This document shows, piece after piece, positions 19,601 to 28,015 of a stretch of 64,000 nt of DNA. A program made the translations under genes and the position numbers. The DNA lies in assembly GCA_002378195.1 (NCBI GenBank), contig DFRJ01000002.1:22911-86910 (forward strand), written 5' to 3'. Below the pieces are notes generated by a model. That model was not told where the DNA came from. It saw only the letters and a program-made list of their open reading frames with translations, and did no database searches. Source of the DNA: Patescibacteria group bacterium UBA3466. Its GTDB lineage: Bacteria > Patescibacteriota > Minisyncoccia > Phycocordibacterales > UBA918. The first letter of the stretch is position 1. Every line of letters starts with the position of its first letter.

Positions 19601-19920
19601 TTTTGGTAGCCCTTGAAGGTTTTGGCCAGTAAGACTAGGCGGGAGCGGGGTTTATCAATATTAACTTCCTTGTCGTGTCGTGTGCGAGGGGCCAAAAAAG
19701 CATCGAGGCCAATGATTGGTTTGATACCTTCGGCGGTACACGCTTTGTAAAAATCTATTGCACCATAGAGAGCACCAGCATCAGTGATAGCGAGAGCGTC
19801 TTGGCCATCGGCTTTGGCTGTTGCCGCGAGTTCTTTTGGGGTAGGCACAGCATTCAGGAGTGAATACATCGAGTGGGTGTGAAGATGGACGAATTCAGTC
19901 GTAAGCTTCGAATCGGACAT
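16687..19920 (-). CDS. dnaE: DNA polymerase III alpha subunit
   Basis: PHP domain FVHLHTHS, RGSVAGS, FERFLNPER..PDIDMDF, HAAGVV, KFDFLG, YGFNKAH, C-terminal OB fold. Confidence 0.97.
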   Translation of the reverse strand: MSDSKLTTEFVHLHTHSMYSLLNAVPTPKELAATAKADGQDALAITDAGALYGAIDFYKACTAEGIKPIIGLDAFLAPRTRHDKEVNIDKPRSRLVLLAKTFKGYQNLISLVTRSNIEGFYYKPRIDEELLKEYKDDLFCIIPSFAGEVAQALKDVNPEQAAERLDWYKSVFAENCYLEISHHPEIFDHQENQEKIKELAKETNTPLVAAHDIYYLKPEDRLARETMIKIQSGGVVDTTADHDASDNFSFTTQAEMKEWFKDVPEAISNTVKIAEACNVEITLGMDAWVFPNYEIESGRDPDEELRVTSYEGVKWRGLDTNDKSVTERLDYELDIIKTKGYAKYFLVVGDLLREARERGILTTIRGSVAGSLTTYVLGITNVNPLEYKLPFERFLNPERPSAPDIDMDFADNRRDEIIEYSKEKYGENNVAQIGTFGTMMARAAVRDVARALGHSYATGDRIAKLIPLGAQGFPMTIDRAIDIEPELAELYKKDSESREVIDLAKQIEGRVRHLGVHAAGVVIAPAPLNEYVPIQPDPKTGKYITQYEMHSVGEDGVGLLKFDFLGIKNLAILADAVKRVKKIHNVDIDIENIDLADQKTFDMLARGETMGLFQLNGSGMTAFLKQLKPTTIHDINAMVALYRPGPMEMIPTYIERKHNPALVSYMDERMEEILDVSYGVITYQDDVMMISIKLAGYSWLEADKLRKAMGKKVPEIMAAEKDKLFNGLIEHGMTAQKAEELWKLIEPFAAYGFNKAHAASYGRVAYQTAFMKANYPVEYMSAVLTADSGDTEKISEIIHECERMNITVLPPDINESFADFSVVPGKETIRFGLTTIKNFGAGIADVIIAERKANGAFASMQDFLSRIHDRGLNKKSMEALITTGAFDNFDERGVLFANLDNLLAYNKEHVAGKESNQDSLFGGMEEVSGLTLEASQPATTTQKLLWEKELLGVYVSGHPLDAHQAETDKRPKIAEVKQGYKGTTVVTTGLVEIVKELLTKKGDRMAFVKISDQKDSIETVTFPETYTTYKDLLEPGTCVAIKGKLNFRNDEPSILIDKIKPLDPQTLDLETPPDRPE

Positions 19921-19972
19921 AGTGCGAGCATTATAGCATTACCTCCAAACTGGTCTATATGATAAAGAAAAA

Positions 19973-20000
19973 CCCCGTTCATCTATTTAGATGAACGGGG
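19973..20000 (-). terminator. Intrinsic terminator of the orphan gene
   Basis: CCCCGTTCATCTA-TT-TAGATGAACGGGG with an A tract on the left. Confidence 0.8.
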
Positions 20001-20018
20001 CGCGGTAAGCTACCGATC

Positions 20019-20327
20019 CTAGTTGAATTTCAGGACCGGTATCTCAACTGGCCTTAGTACTACTCGTTTGCCAGTTTTGGCCCCAAAAAGCTTGCCGCGA
20101 CCTGTGACGCCTACGGAGATGTCTCCGCCAACTGTGCGCCGGTCGAGCTTGGCGCAGACGCGGCCAACGCTCCGGCTCGAGCAGTTGTCGATACGAGCGC
20201 CACCAAGCACCTGCATGGTTACAGTGCTTCCGACGTTTCGCGCGATGCGCTCTAAGGGACCTTCGTTGGCATGAGCCAGCGGGGCGATCAGGACCAGGCT
20301 GATCATAATGATAAGGAACTTGTTCAT
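20019..20327 (-). CDS. Small secreted orphan protein
   Basis: Signal peptide with AHA cleavage site, strong SD AGGAGG, upstream TTGACT-17-TATTAT promoter. Confidence 0.7.
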   Translation of the reverse strand: MNKFLIIMISLVLIAPLAHANEGPLERIARNVGSTVTMQVLGGARIDNCSSRSVGRVCAKLDRRTVGGDISVGVTGRGKLFGAKTGKRVVLRPVEIPVLKFN

Positions 20328-20562
20328 AATAGACCTCCTAGATCTGTATGAATATGGAAGACCGATACATTATTAATAATAGCATAATTTTAACCAAAAG
20401 TCAATTCTGCTATAATGCTGCTATGAAATGGGAAATTGGTGAGAAAGCATTGGATGCTTTCACAAGACCTCGCCTAAGATTTTGCGAGACGTCAGTCGAA
20501 GTAAAATATAGACAAGGTGTACAGCTCCTGTAAGGAGTAGATGAAGCTTTATTTAATAAGTT

Positions 20563-21153
20563 ATGATCAAGTATTTAGTTGGCGTTGATGAAGCTGGCCG
20601 CGGGCCATTGGCTGGTCCAGTAGCGGTAGGTATGGTGAAAATTCCGGTTGATTTTGATTGGGCTTTAATCCCTGGGGTTGGAGACAGTAAAAAACTGAGT
20701 GAAAAAACTCGTGAGGATTTGTACGAACGGGCAAAAGAGCTCAGATACCGTGGATTACTAGATTTTTCCGTAGCTCAAGTGGGACCTTCAGTGATAGACA
20801 AGATGGGTATTTCTTTCGCCATCAACTTAGCGATTGCACGTAACGTAAAGCGGTTGCAGTTGAATCCAAAGACTTGCCACTTGAAGCTCGACGGTTCGCT
20901 CAAGGCTCACTATCGTTTTTCTCAAGAAACGATTATCAAAGGCGACGACAAAGAAAAGGTTATTGGATTGGCTTCGGTACTGGCCAAAGTGACACGAGAC
21001 AAATATATGAATAAAATTGATCGTAAATATCCAGCCTATGGCTTTATTGAAAACAAAGGCTACGGCACACAGCTGCATCGAGAAATGATTGCTCAAAGAG
21101 GTAAGTGTCCGATCCATAGGGTTAGCTATTGCAAAAACATAAAAGTATTGTAA
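20563..21153 (+). CDS. rnhB: Ribonuclease HII
   Basis: GVDEAGRGPLAGPV, DSKKL, IIKGD, ASVLAKVTRD, KGYGT..H, HR.SY. Confidence 0.96.
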   Translation: MIKYLVGVDEAGRGPLAGPVAVGMVKIPVDFDWALIPGVGDSKKLSEKTREDLYERAKELRYRGLLDFSVAQVGPSVIDKMGISFAINLAIARNVKRLQLNPKTCHLKLDGSLKAHYRFSQETIIKGDDKEKVIGLASVLAKVTRDKYMNKIDRKYPAYGFIENKGYGTQLHREMIAQRGKCPIHRVSYCKNIKVL

Positions 21154-21215
21154 AATATTGACCTGAGCGATTCTGCTCAGAACCGATTCACATTAAATCC
21201 ACGTAGGGAGCCTGG

Positions 21216-21557
21216 ATGAATAATACGAGAAACGCCAATTACTTTGATCGGCTTATAAGCCTCAGTAATTGTATCAAGACCAATTTGCCGGCAAAAGCGG
21301 CGAGTGAATTGCCGGGGATCAGAGTGGATGTCTCTCAAACCAGTTCTTGTATAGTGCTCGACTTCACCCGTACGGCGAATATGGAATACGATCAATTTCG
21401 ATCAAGAGTCCATGCGTTTATGGCGGGCACGGTGAAGCACCTTTCGCAGAAACATCTTTCCAAGTCTAGTCGTTGCAGCAGCGATGATGCGCCGGCGAAG
21501 ATTAAAAAGGTGAGAAATACCAAAGCGAGTGTCATATCATGGCGCATACAGATTTGA
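21216..21557 (+). CDS. Orphan hypothetical protein
   Basis: 113-aa ORF with GGGAG SD and a downstream hairpin plus T tract at about 21586-21612. Confidence 0.45.
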   Translation: MNNTRNANYFDRLISLSNCIKTNLPAKAASELPGIRVDVSQTSSCIVLDFTRTANMEYDQFRSRVHAFMAGTVKHLSQKHLSKSSRCSSDDAPAKIKKVRNTKASVISWRIQI

Positions 21558-21652
21558 GAGTATGCACCCCTCTGGCACCTTTTACGGCCGTTCTTGCAAA
21601 AGGCGGCCTTTTCTATTGCATTTATTAGCAATTCTGATATAGTTTCGCCACT

Positions 21653-21985
21653 ATGGTAATTCGAATGCGTCACACGCGGGCACACACCGCGAATCGTCGT
21701 TCACATCATGCGCTAAAAGCGCCTACTTTGGCTATTTGTAGCAACTGTGGCGCAAAGCACCGACCACACCACATGTGTTTAGAATGTGGCTTCTACAAAG
21801 GGAGAATGGTCATTGATGTAGCGGCCAAGAAAAAAGCTCGAGACGAGCGTTTGCAAGCTAAAAAAGATATGATCGATGCCCAACAAGGCTTTGGTCAAGA
21901 AGTAGCGGAGGAAGCTCCAGCAACTGAAGAAGCTTCAGTAGAAGCTCCAGCTGAAAAGGTAGAAGAAGCAAAAGAAGAAAAGTAA
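21653..21985 (+). CDS. rpmF: 50S ribosomal protein bL32 with an acidic C-terminal extension
   Basis: RRSHHAL...CSNCG...[13 protein letters not shown]. Confidence 0.95.
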   Translation: MVIRMRHTRAHTANRRSHHALKAPTLAICSNCGAKHRPHHMCLECGFYKGRMVIDVAAKKKARDERLQAKKDMIDAQQGFGQEVAEEAPATEEASVEAPAEKVEEAKEEK

Positions 21986-21993
21986 GCCACTGA

Positions 21994-22019
21994 AAACCCT
22001 GCCAAACCGGTAGGGTTTT
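21994..22019. terminator. Intrinsic terminator
   Basis: AAAACCCTGCC-AAACC-GGTAGGGTTTT. Confidence 0.75.
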
Positions 22020-22088
22020 GTGGATTTATCGCCCATGGCAGACCGGCAGAATGGTACACTTAGGTCAGTAAAAGTTTAGTACATTAGT

Positions 22089-22991
22089 ATGGCAAATCGA
22101 CATTTATCGCGCAGCATTGTTCTTCAGTCACTTTTTGAGTGGGATTTAAACGCGCTCGAAAAAAAAGCAGTGGGTGAAGTTTTGGGACGTAACGTAGCAG
22201 AGTTTGCTCCCAACAAGACCGATATGCCATTTATGGAAAAACTCCTCGATGGAGTCATGGCAAAACAGCCAGAACTCGATCAAGTTATCGAAAAAGCCGC
22301 GCCTGATTGGCCAATCGATCGTATTTCTCCCGTCGATCGTAATATTTTACGCTTGGGTCTTTATGAGCTCTTGTTTGCTGACCGTAAAGAAGTACCAGCT
22401 AAAGTAGCTATCAATGAGGCGATTGAACTAGCTAAGCAGTTTGGTGGCGAAAACAGTAGCCGGTTTGTAAATGGTGTGCTGGGAGCGGTTTATAAAGAGA
22501 TTGGTGAGCCTGGTAAAGATGAGCAAGGTAAGAAGCGGAAGCGAGACATTCCATTTGAGGAGATGCCAATCGAAAGGCTGTCTGGAGCAGTGGTTTACGC
22601 TGAGCACGAAGGTCAAATTTACCTGGCTCTGGTACACGATATTTTCGGACACTGGACTCTTTCTAAGAGTAAAGTGCAAGAAGAAGAAACTGTCGAAGCT
22701 GGGGCAGTGCGAGCTCTAAACGAAGAAATCGGTCTACCAATTGAGATTGAGCAAGAAATCGGCGGTAATGAGTACGTGGCGTCACATCCTGAGTCAGGGA
22801 AAGTACGCAAGCAAGTGCACTACTTCTTGGCTAAAGCTCCTTATCAAGATATTCAACTAATTAAAAAAGGTGGCCTAGATGATGCCAAATGGTTTAAAGT
22901 GGCCGATATTCTGGAATTAAACTTCTACGAGGATATCTTACCGATTGTTACCAAGGCGGTCACTGTGCTAGTTGGAAGAGGAGGGAATTAG
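22089..22991 (+). CDS. nusB: Transcription antitermination factor NusB fused to a C-terminal Nudix-fold domain
   Basis: RHLSR..LQ.LF, DRNILRL, VAINEAIELAK.FG, FVNGVLG; then a degenerate Nudix box SKSKVQEEETVEAGAVRALNEEIGL. Confidence 0.92.
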   Translation: MANRHLSRSIVLQSLFEWDLNALEKKAVGEVLGRNVAEFAPNKTDMPFMEKLLDGVMAKQPELDQVIEKAAPDWPIDRISPVDRNILRLGLYELLFADRKEVPAKVAINEAIELAKQFGGENSSRFVNGVLGAVYKEIGEPGKDEQGKKRKRDIPFEEMPIERLSGAVVYAEHEGQIYLALVHDIFGHWTLSKSKVQEEETVEAGAVRALNEEIGLPIEIEQEIGGNEYVASHPESGKVRKQVHYFLAKAPYQDIQLIKKGGLDDAKWFKVADILELNFYEDILPIVTKAVTVLVGRGGN

Positions 22992-23015
22992 TGATACATT
23001 TCAGACTAACAGATT

Positions 23016-23732
23016 ATGGAAGATAAAAACCCGGAGGCAAATTTGGACAAGTTGCAGCAAATTCTTGGCGTGCAATTTGCTGATATCAAGATTTTACTGT
23101 CAGCGGTGACACACCGATCGTATCTTAATGAACATCGAGAGGCGACTTGGGATCACAATGAGCGCTTAGAGTTTTTAGGCGATGCGGTTTTGGAGCTAGT
23201 GGTTACCGACTATCTTTTCAAAAAATATCAAGACAAACCTGAAGGTGAACTGACTGCAGTGCGCGCTGCTTTGGTAAACACAGTATCTTTAAGTGGTGCC
23301 TCAGAGCAGCTCGGAGTCAATGATTTTCTTTTGATGTCGAAAGGTGAAGCAAAGGATGTTGGGCGGGCGCGACAGTATATTTTAGCTAATGCTTTTGAAG
23401 CTTGTATTGGTGCGATCTACTTAGATCAAGGTTATGATGCCGCGCAAGCCTTTATTGCGGAAAGACTATTTCCTAAGACCGACGAAATAGTCAAAAAGCG
23501 CCTATGGCAGGATGCTAAGAGTCGCTTTCAAGAGTTGGCGCAAGAGCATGTATCTATTACTCCGACTTACAAAACTACCTCACAAGAAGGTCCAGATCAT
23601 GATCGGGTATTTACTGTTGGAGTTTTTTTGGGCAAAGAATTGGTAGCTGAAGGAAAGGGTCGCTCCAAACAAGAGGCTGAACAACAAGCCGCCGAACACG
23701 CCGTCACCGCGAAAGGTTGGCAAACAGACTAG
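23016..23732 (+). CDS. rnc: Ribonuclease III
   Basis: THRSY.NE, NERLEFLGDAVLEL, ANAFEA.IGAIYLD, dsRBD (GPDH..F...G.G.SKQEAEQ). Confidence 0.97.
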   Translation: MEDKNPEANLDKLQQILGVQFADIKILLSAVTHRSYLNEHREATWDHNERLEFLGDAVLELVVTDYLFKKYQDKPEGELTAVRAALVNTVSLSGASEQLGVNDFLLMSKGEAKDVGRARQYILANAFEACIGAIYLDQGYDAAQAFIAERLFPKTDEIVKKRLWQDAKSRFQELAQEHVSITPTYKTTSQEGPDHDRVFTVGVFLGKELVAEGKGRSKQEAEQQAAEHAVTAKGWQTD

Positions 23733-23762
23733 TCATAAAACCTGCGTGATATAATTTTTTAT

Positions 23763-24494
23763 ATGAATATCAAGACTAAAGGATTTACTTTAGCTGAGTT
23801 ATTGGTGGTGATTGCGGTGATCTCTATTCTAAGCTCGTTTATTTTTGTGAACGTTAGTGATTCACGAGCCTCGGCGCGTGATGCACAAAGAAAATCTGAT
23901 CTCAGAGAGTTGCAATCTGCGATTGAACTCTATCGACTTGATAATGGTACTTATCCTTCTGGCTGTAATGGTTATACCGATTCGCTAACGCCAGTGTTTT
24001 CGGGCGAGCCAGATGGGGCGCATCCTTGTCCACTGGGAGATCCTGAATATATTATAGGGCTGGCGCCTGAGTATATTCGCAAATTACCGAACGATCCATT
24101 TTTAAATGGCGGAGGTGGCTATGTATACTTGGTTAATCAGTCAGGCTCAGCCTATAAAGTTATGGCTCTTGATACAGTAGAATCAGAATTAGTGGCTCAG
24201 AGCAGTGATTTCTTTCGGTGCGACCCAACTTACAGAATAATTCAGGCCAATGATGGAGGGAGCTTTGGTAGTCAGTCACTTAATGATCCTGGAATATGTA
24301 CGCGGGTAAGGACAAGGGCTACTGGTAATCTCAATCAAGATCTGGGTACACCAGCTGACTTCGGGAGTCCGTATGAGGTTTGTCATCTAGCGTCTGAATA
24401 TGAAAATGACTATGCTTTGTCGGGAGGTTATAGTACAGGATTTTCCGAGCCGAAAGCTATTGAGTTTGATACAGAAATAGTTAGGTGTAAATAA
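23763..24494 (+). CDS. Type IV pilin / GspG-like pseudopilin 1
   Basis: Prepilin motif KGFTLAELLVVIAVI, ARD..RK.DL..L..A.ELY...G.YP, LP.DP. Confidence 0.9.
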   Translation: MNIKTKGFTLAELLVVIAVISILSSFIFVNVSDSRASARDAQRKSDLRELQSAIELYRLDNGTYPSGCNGYTDSLTPVFSGEPDGAHPCPLGDPEYIIGLAPEYIRKLPNDPFLNGGGGYVYLVNQSGSAYKVMALDTVESELVAQSSDFFRCDPTYRIIQANDGGSFGSQSLNDPGICTRVRTRATGNLNQDLGTPADFGSPYEVCHLASEYENDYALSGGYSTGFSEPKAIEFDTEIVRCK

Positions 24495-24496
24495 GT

Positions 24497-25078
24497 ATGA
24501 AAAAAAATATTGACAACAATAAGGGTTTTACTCTAATCGAGGTTTTGGTGGTCGTCGGCATACTGGCTTTGCTGGTCAGTTTTTTGATGATCAATTTTAA
24601 TGATGCTCGAGCGGATGCGCGGGATAAAGCAAGAGCTGCCGCTTTGGAACAGTTGGCAGTTGCGCTAGAGTTGTATAAGGCTGAGTACGGAGTTTACCCT
24701 GATCAGGGGTGTGGTGATCCAAGTGCTGGCGAATGGGCTGGTCCGGGTCCCGCTACTTTGAGCTGGGCGGCTAGTTGTGACGACTATATTGTGGGTCATA
24801 CCGGCGGCGTAAACTTTGTGCCCGACTTTCTACCAGCTTTACCAATAGATCCGCGCGATGAGCTGGAGGACGATAAAGGTTTTTACTATCGAACTAGCGC
24901 CAGTAATGATACGTATAAAATTATGGTGCACGAATCTGTCGAGGTAAATCTGGTGGATGATTTTAGTCACGAGCTGGCCAGGTGTCCAAGAGCATTGCCA
25001 GGACCTCCATCACGCTGCAGCGCTCCTGCTCCAGAGAACATTTACTCTATTTATTCTAGTGGAGCAGAATACTGGTAA
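24497..25078 (+). CDS. Type IV pilin / GspG-like pseudopilin 2
   Basis: KGFTLIEVLVVVGIL, ARD..R...L..L..ALELY....G.YP, LP.DP. Confidence 0.9.
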   Translation: MKKNIDNNKGFTLIEVLVVVGILALLVSFLMINFNDARADARDKARAAALEQLAVALELYKAEYGVYPDQGCGDPSAGEWAGPGPATLSWAASCDDYIVGHTGGVNFVPDFLPALPIDPRDELEDDKGFYYRTSASNDTYKIMVHESVEVNLVDDFSHELARCPRALPGPPSRCSAPAPENIYSIYSSGAEYW

Positions 25079-25127
25079 TTTGTGCACACCCCATATTCTG
25101 GATTAAAGAGGGTGTTATTATTGAATA

Positions 25128-25772
25128 ATGCAGAGGCAAAAGTTTCTTAAGGGATTTACTTTGGTAGAAGTGCTAGTGGTGATTGGTATCATCAGTATAA
25201 TTTTGTCGATCTTATTTTATGCCTTTGAAGATTCGCGAGATAATTCGAGTAACAGTTCCATTCGGGCCGAGTTGAAAGAAATCGAGTTGGCGATTGAGAC
25301 GTATCGATTGCAAAATGGAAGCTATCCAACAGCAAGTAATTTTGGAGTAACTGATTGTCGGTCTGCGAGCACCAGGGGCGGGGATTATGTTGTTATTGCT
25401 TCAAGTTATGTTTCTGGTTCGGGGGGCTCTCTGGTTGGCTGCCCTATAATCAGTGGTACGCAGCAGCCATATATTGATGGTTTAATACCTGGCTACTTGT
25501 CTGGTTTGCCAAATAGGGATGAGTCTCGTAATTCTGACTGTATATTCAGGTACATTGTGACTGGTGATCAATCCTCATACAAATTGATTGCCGAAAACTG
25601 TTTCGCTGGAGCAGCTGCAGCAGCCGACGGGGTGCAGCAGATAGACGAGTTTGCTCGCTGTCCCGAAAGCTGCGATGATCCTGGCGGAGTCCATCCCGCT
25701 GAATGTGAACCAAGTGAAGCTGATTTCTACAATTCCTTAGCTATCTACAGTGTTGGAGGAGCTTGCTATTAA
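25128..25772 (+). CDS. Type IV pilin / GspG-like pseudopilin 3
   Basis: KGFTLVEVLVVIGII, AIETY...NG.YP, Cys-rich C-terminus. Confidence 0.9.
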   Translation: MQRQKFLKGFTLVEVLVVIGIISIILSILFYAFEDSRDNSSNSSIRAELKEIELAIETYRLQNGSYPTASNFGVTDCRSASTRGGDYVVIASSYVSGSGGSLVGCPIISGTQQPYIDGLIPGYLSGLPNRDESRNSDCIFRYIVTGDQSSYKLIAENCFAGAAAAADGVQQIDEFARCPESCDDPGGVHPAECEPSEADFYNSLAIYSVGGACY

Positions 25773-25777
25773 AGATT

Positions 25778-28012
25778 ATGTATTTGAAAGAACTGACAAT
25801 TAATGGTTTTAAGTCATTCGCCAAAAAGAGCGAGCTGAAATTTACCGCGCCCATTACCTCAATTGTTGGTCCAAATGGTTCCGGGAAGAGTAATATCGCA
25901 GAGTCTTTTCGCTTTGTGTTAGGAGAGCAGTCAGTAAAGTCGATGCGAGGGAAGAAGGGTGAAGATCTGATCTGGGGAGGTTCAGAAAAGGTGTCTCGTG
26001 GCAATCGGGCTTCAGTACAAGTAATTTTTGATAATAAAAACCGCGCGTTGGCGCTCGATTTTGACGAAGTCAAAATCGAGCGGACGGTCCACCGTGACGG
26101 CCAAAATGAATACAAGCTAAACGATTCGACCGTGCGCCTTAAAGACGTGCATGAGCTACTGGCTAACGCCAATATCGGTTCAACCGGTCATCATATTATT
26201 TCTCAGGGAGAAGCTGATCGGGTATTGGCAGCTGGACCTAAAGAGCGAAGGGAGATGATTGAAGACGCGCTTGGCCTCAAGGTCTACCAACTCAAGAAGC
26301 ACGAAAGTGAGCGTAAGTTGGAAAAAACTAAGGAGAATATTTCGCAGGTAGAGTCGCTCCGCCGCGAAGCCGCTCCGCATTTGCGGTACATGAAGAAGCA
26401 AGTGGAGAAAGCCGAACGCTCACTGGAGGTGCAAAAAGAACTCAAGCTGAAGTACGCTGAGTATCTTAAGCGTGAAGACACATATGTCGCCTTTCACTTT
26501 GATCGCCTGACACAAGAGCGCGTTGCGCCAACTGCTCAGCTGACTGAAGTAAAGAAAAAATTAGAGGAAGTAAAGACAATTTTGGCCAAGACCGAAGAGG
26601 TGGAAGAATCGGCCGACCTAAAATCCGCCGAAGCCACGTTAGCGGAAGCTACAAAAGTGAGGCAGGTGGCCGAAAAAGCCCATAGTGGTATCGAAGGTCA
26701 GATCTCTTTTTTGGAAAGACGCATCAGTGCCGCAGTCAATAAGCCGGCTGAGACCGACGGCTTTATAAAACGGTCTGCTTTAGAGAAATTAGTGTCAGGT
26801 ATTGAGTCGGAAACAACATTACTGAAAGATGATGATGTCTCTGTGCTTAAAAATACCTTGGATGAATTGGTGAAGAAGTTGCGTGCATTCTTGAACGAAG
26901 GCAAGGTTGAGCAGGTAGATACAACAGAAGCAGACAAAAAGGAATTGTCTGAACTACAGTCCGAATTAGAAAAAGCCACTGTGGCATTAGAAAAAGCACG
27001 GCACGATGAAAGTAGGGTGCAGGAAAAATTGGCAGCCCTGCAAACTGAGCAGCAAGCAGAATCCAATAAAAATCGCGAAGCTGAGCGCGATATGTTCGCT
27101 CTAATAAACGAACAACGAGAACTGGAGCTAAAGGTAAAAAATATCGATAGTGAATTGGCTGTTTTAAACAGAGATCGCGATGATTTTAAACAACAGTTGC
27201 AAGAAGCGGTTACTCTGCTGGGTCAATCGGCCACAGATTACTTTACGTATGAAGTGAGGGACGAAGCCGGACAGTCTGTAGACGAGGATCAGATCGTGTC
27301 TGAGGATCGGTCCAAGCAAAAAAACCGACAGTTTGAATTGGAGAAATTAAAAATTAGATTAGAGGAACTAGGGGTTGGAGCGACGGAAGATCTAGTTAAA
27401 GAGTACGAAGAAGCTAAGGCACGTGATGAATTTTTAGCTAAAGAACTATCTGATCTTGAAGAGTCGGTCGAAAACTTAAAAAAGCTGATTGTTGAGATGG
27501 ATGAAAAATTGCATTCGCAATTTAGCGCCGGAGTAGAAAGGATCACCAAAGAATTTCATTCTTTCTTTACGCTTATGTTTGGCGGTGGCTCAGCTGCGTT
27601 AAAGCAGGTGGAAATCAAGGTAAGAAGTGATGATGAGGAAGAAGAGAAGGCGGTGCAGACCGGAGTTGAGTTAGAAGTGAGCTTGCCAAACAAGCGGGTA
27701 AAAGGGTTGGAGATGCTGTCTGGGGGAGAAAGAGCGTTAACATCTATTGCTTTAATATTTGCTATGAGTCAGGTGAATCCACCACCTTTTATTATTCTTG
27801 ATGAAACTGACGCAGCCCTTGATGAGGCTAACAGTCGGCGTTATGGAGATATGATTGAGGCGTTGGCCAAGAAGTCGCAATTAGTGCTCATTACTCACAA
27901 TCGAGAGACAATGAGTCGAGCGGGTGTCTTGTACGGGATCACTATGGGTGGAGACGGGGTGTCAAAAACCCTCTCAGTCCAGTTTGAAGAAGCTGCCGCT
28001 GTGGCAAAATAA
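25778..28012 (+). CDS. smc: Short SMC-family ATPase (744 aa)
   Basis: MYLKEL.INGFKSF, Walker A GPNGSGKSN, IISQG, signature LSGGER, Walker B ILDETDAALD, ITH. Confidence 0.9.
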   Translation: MYLKELTINGFKSFAKKSELKFTAPITSIVGPNGSGKSNIAESFRFVLGEQSVKSMRGKKGEDLIWGGSEKVSRGNRASVQVIFDNKNRALALDFDEVKIERTVHRDGQNEYKLNDSTVRLKDVHELLANANIGSTGHHIISQGEADRVLAAGPKERREMIEDALGLKVYQLKKHESERKLEKTKENISQVESLRREAAPHLRYMKKQVEKAERSLEVQKELKLKYAEYLKREDTYVAFHFDRLTQERVAPTAQLTEVKKKLEEVKTILAKTEEVEESADLKSAEATLAEATKVRQVAEKAHSGIEGQISFLERRISAAVNKPAETDGFIKRSALEKLVSGIESETTLLKDDDVSVLKNTLDELVKKLRAFLNEGKVEQVDTTEADKKELSELQSELEKATVALEKARHDESRVQEKLAALQTEQQAESNKNREAERDMFALINEQRELELKVKNIDSELAVLNRDRDDFKQQLQEAVTLLGQSATDYFTYEVRDEAGQSVDEDQIVSEDRSKQKNRQFELEKLKIRLEELGVGATEDLVKEYEEAKARDEFLAKELSDLEESVENLKKLIVEMDEKLHSQFSAGVERITKEFHSFFTLMFGGGSAALKQVEIKVRSDDEEEEKAVQTGVELEVSLPNKRVKGLEMLSGGERALTSIALIFAMSQVNPPPFIILDETDAALDEANSRRYGDMIEALAKKSQLVLITHNRETMSRAGVLYGITMGGDGVSKTLSVQFEEAAAVAK

Positions 28013-28015
28013 ATT

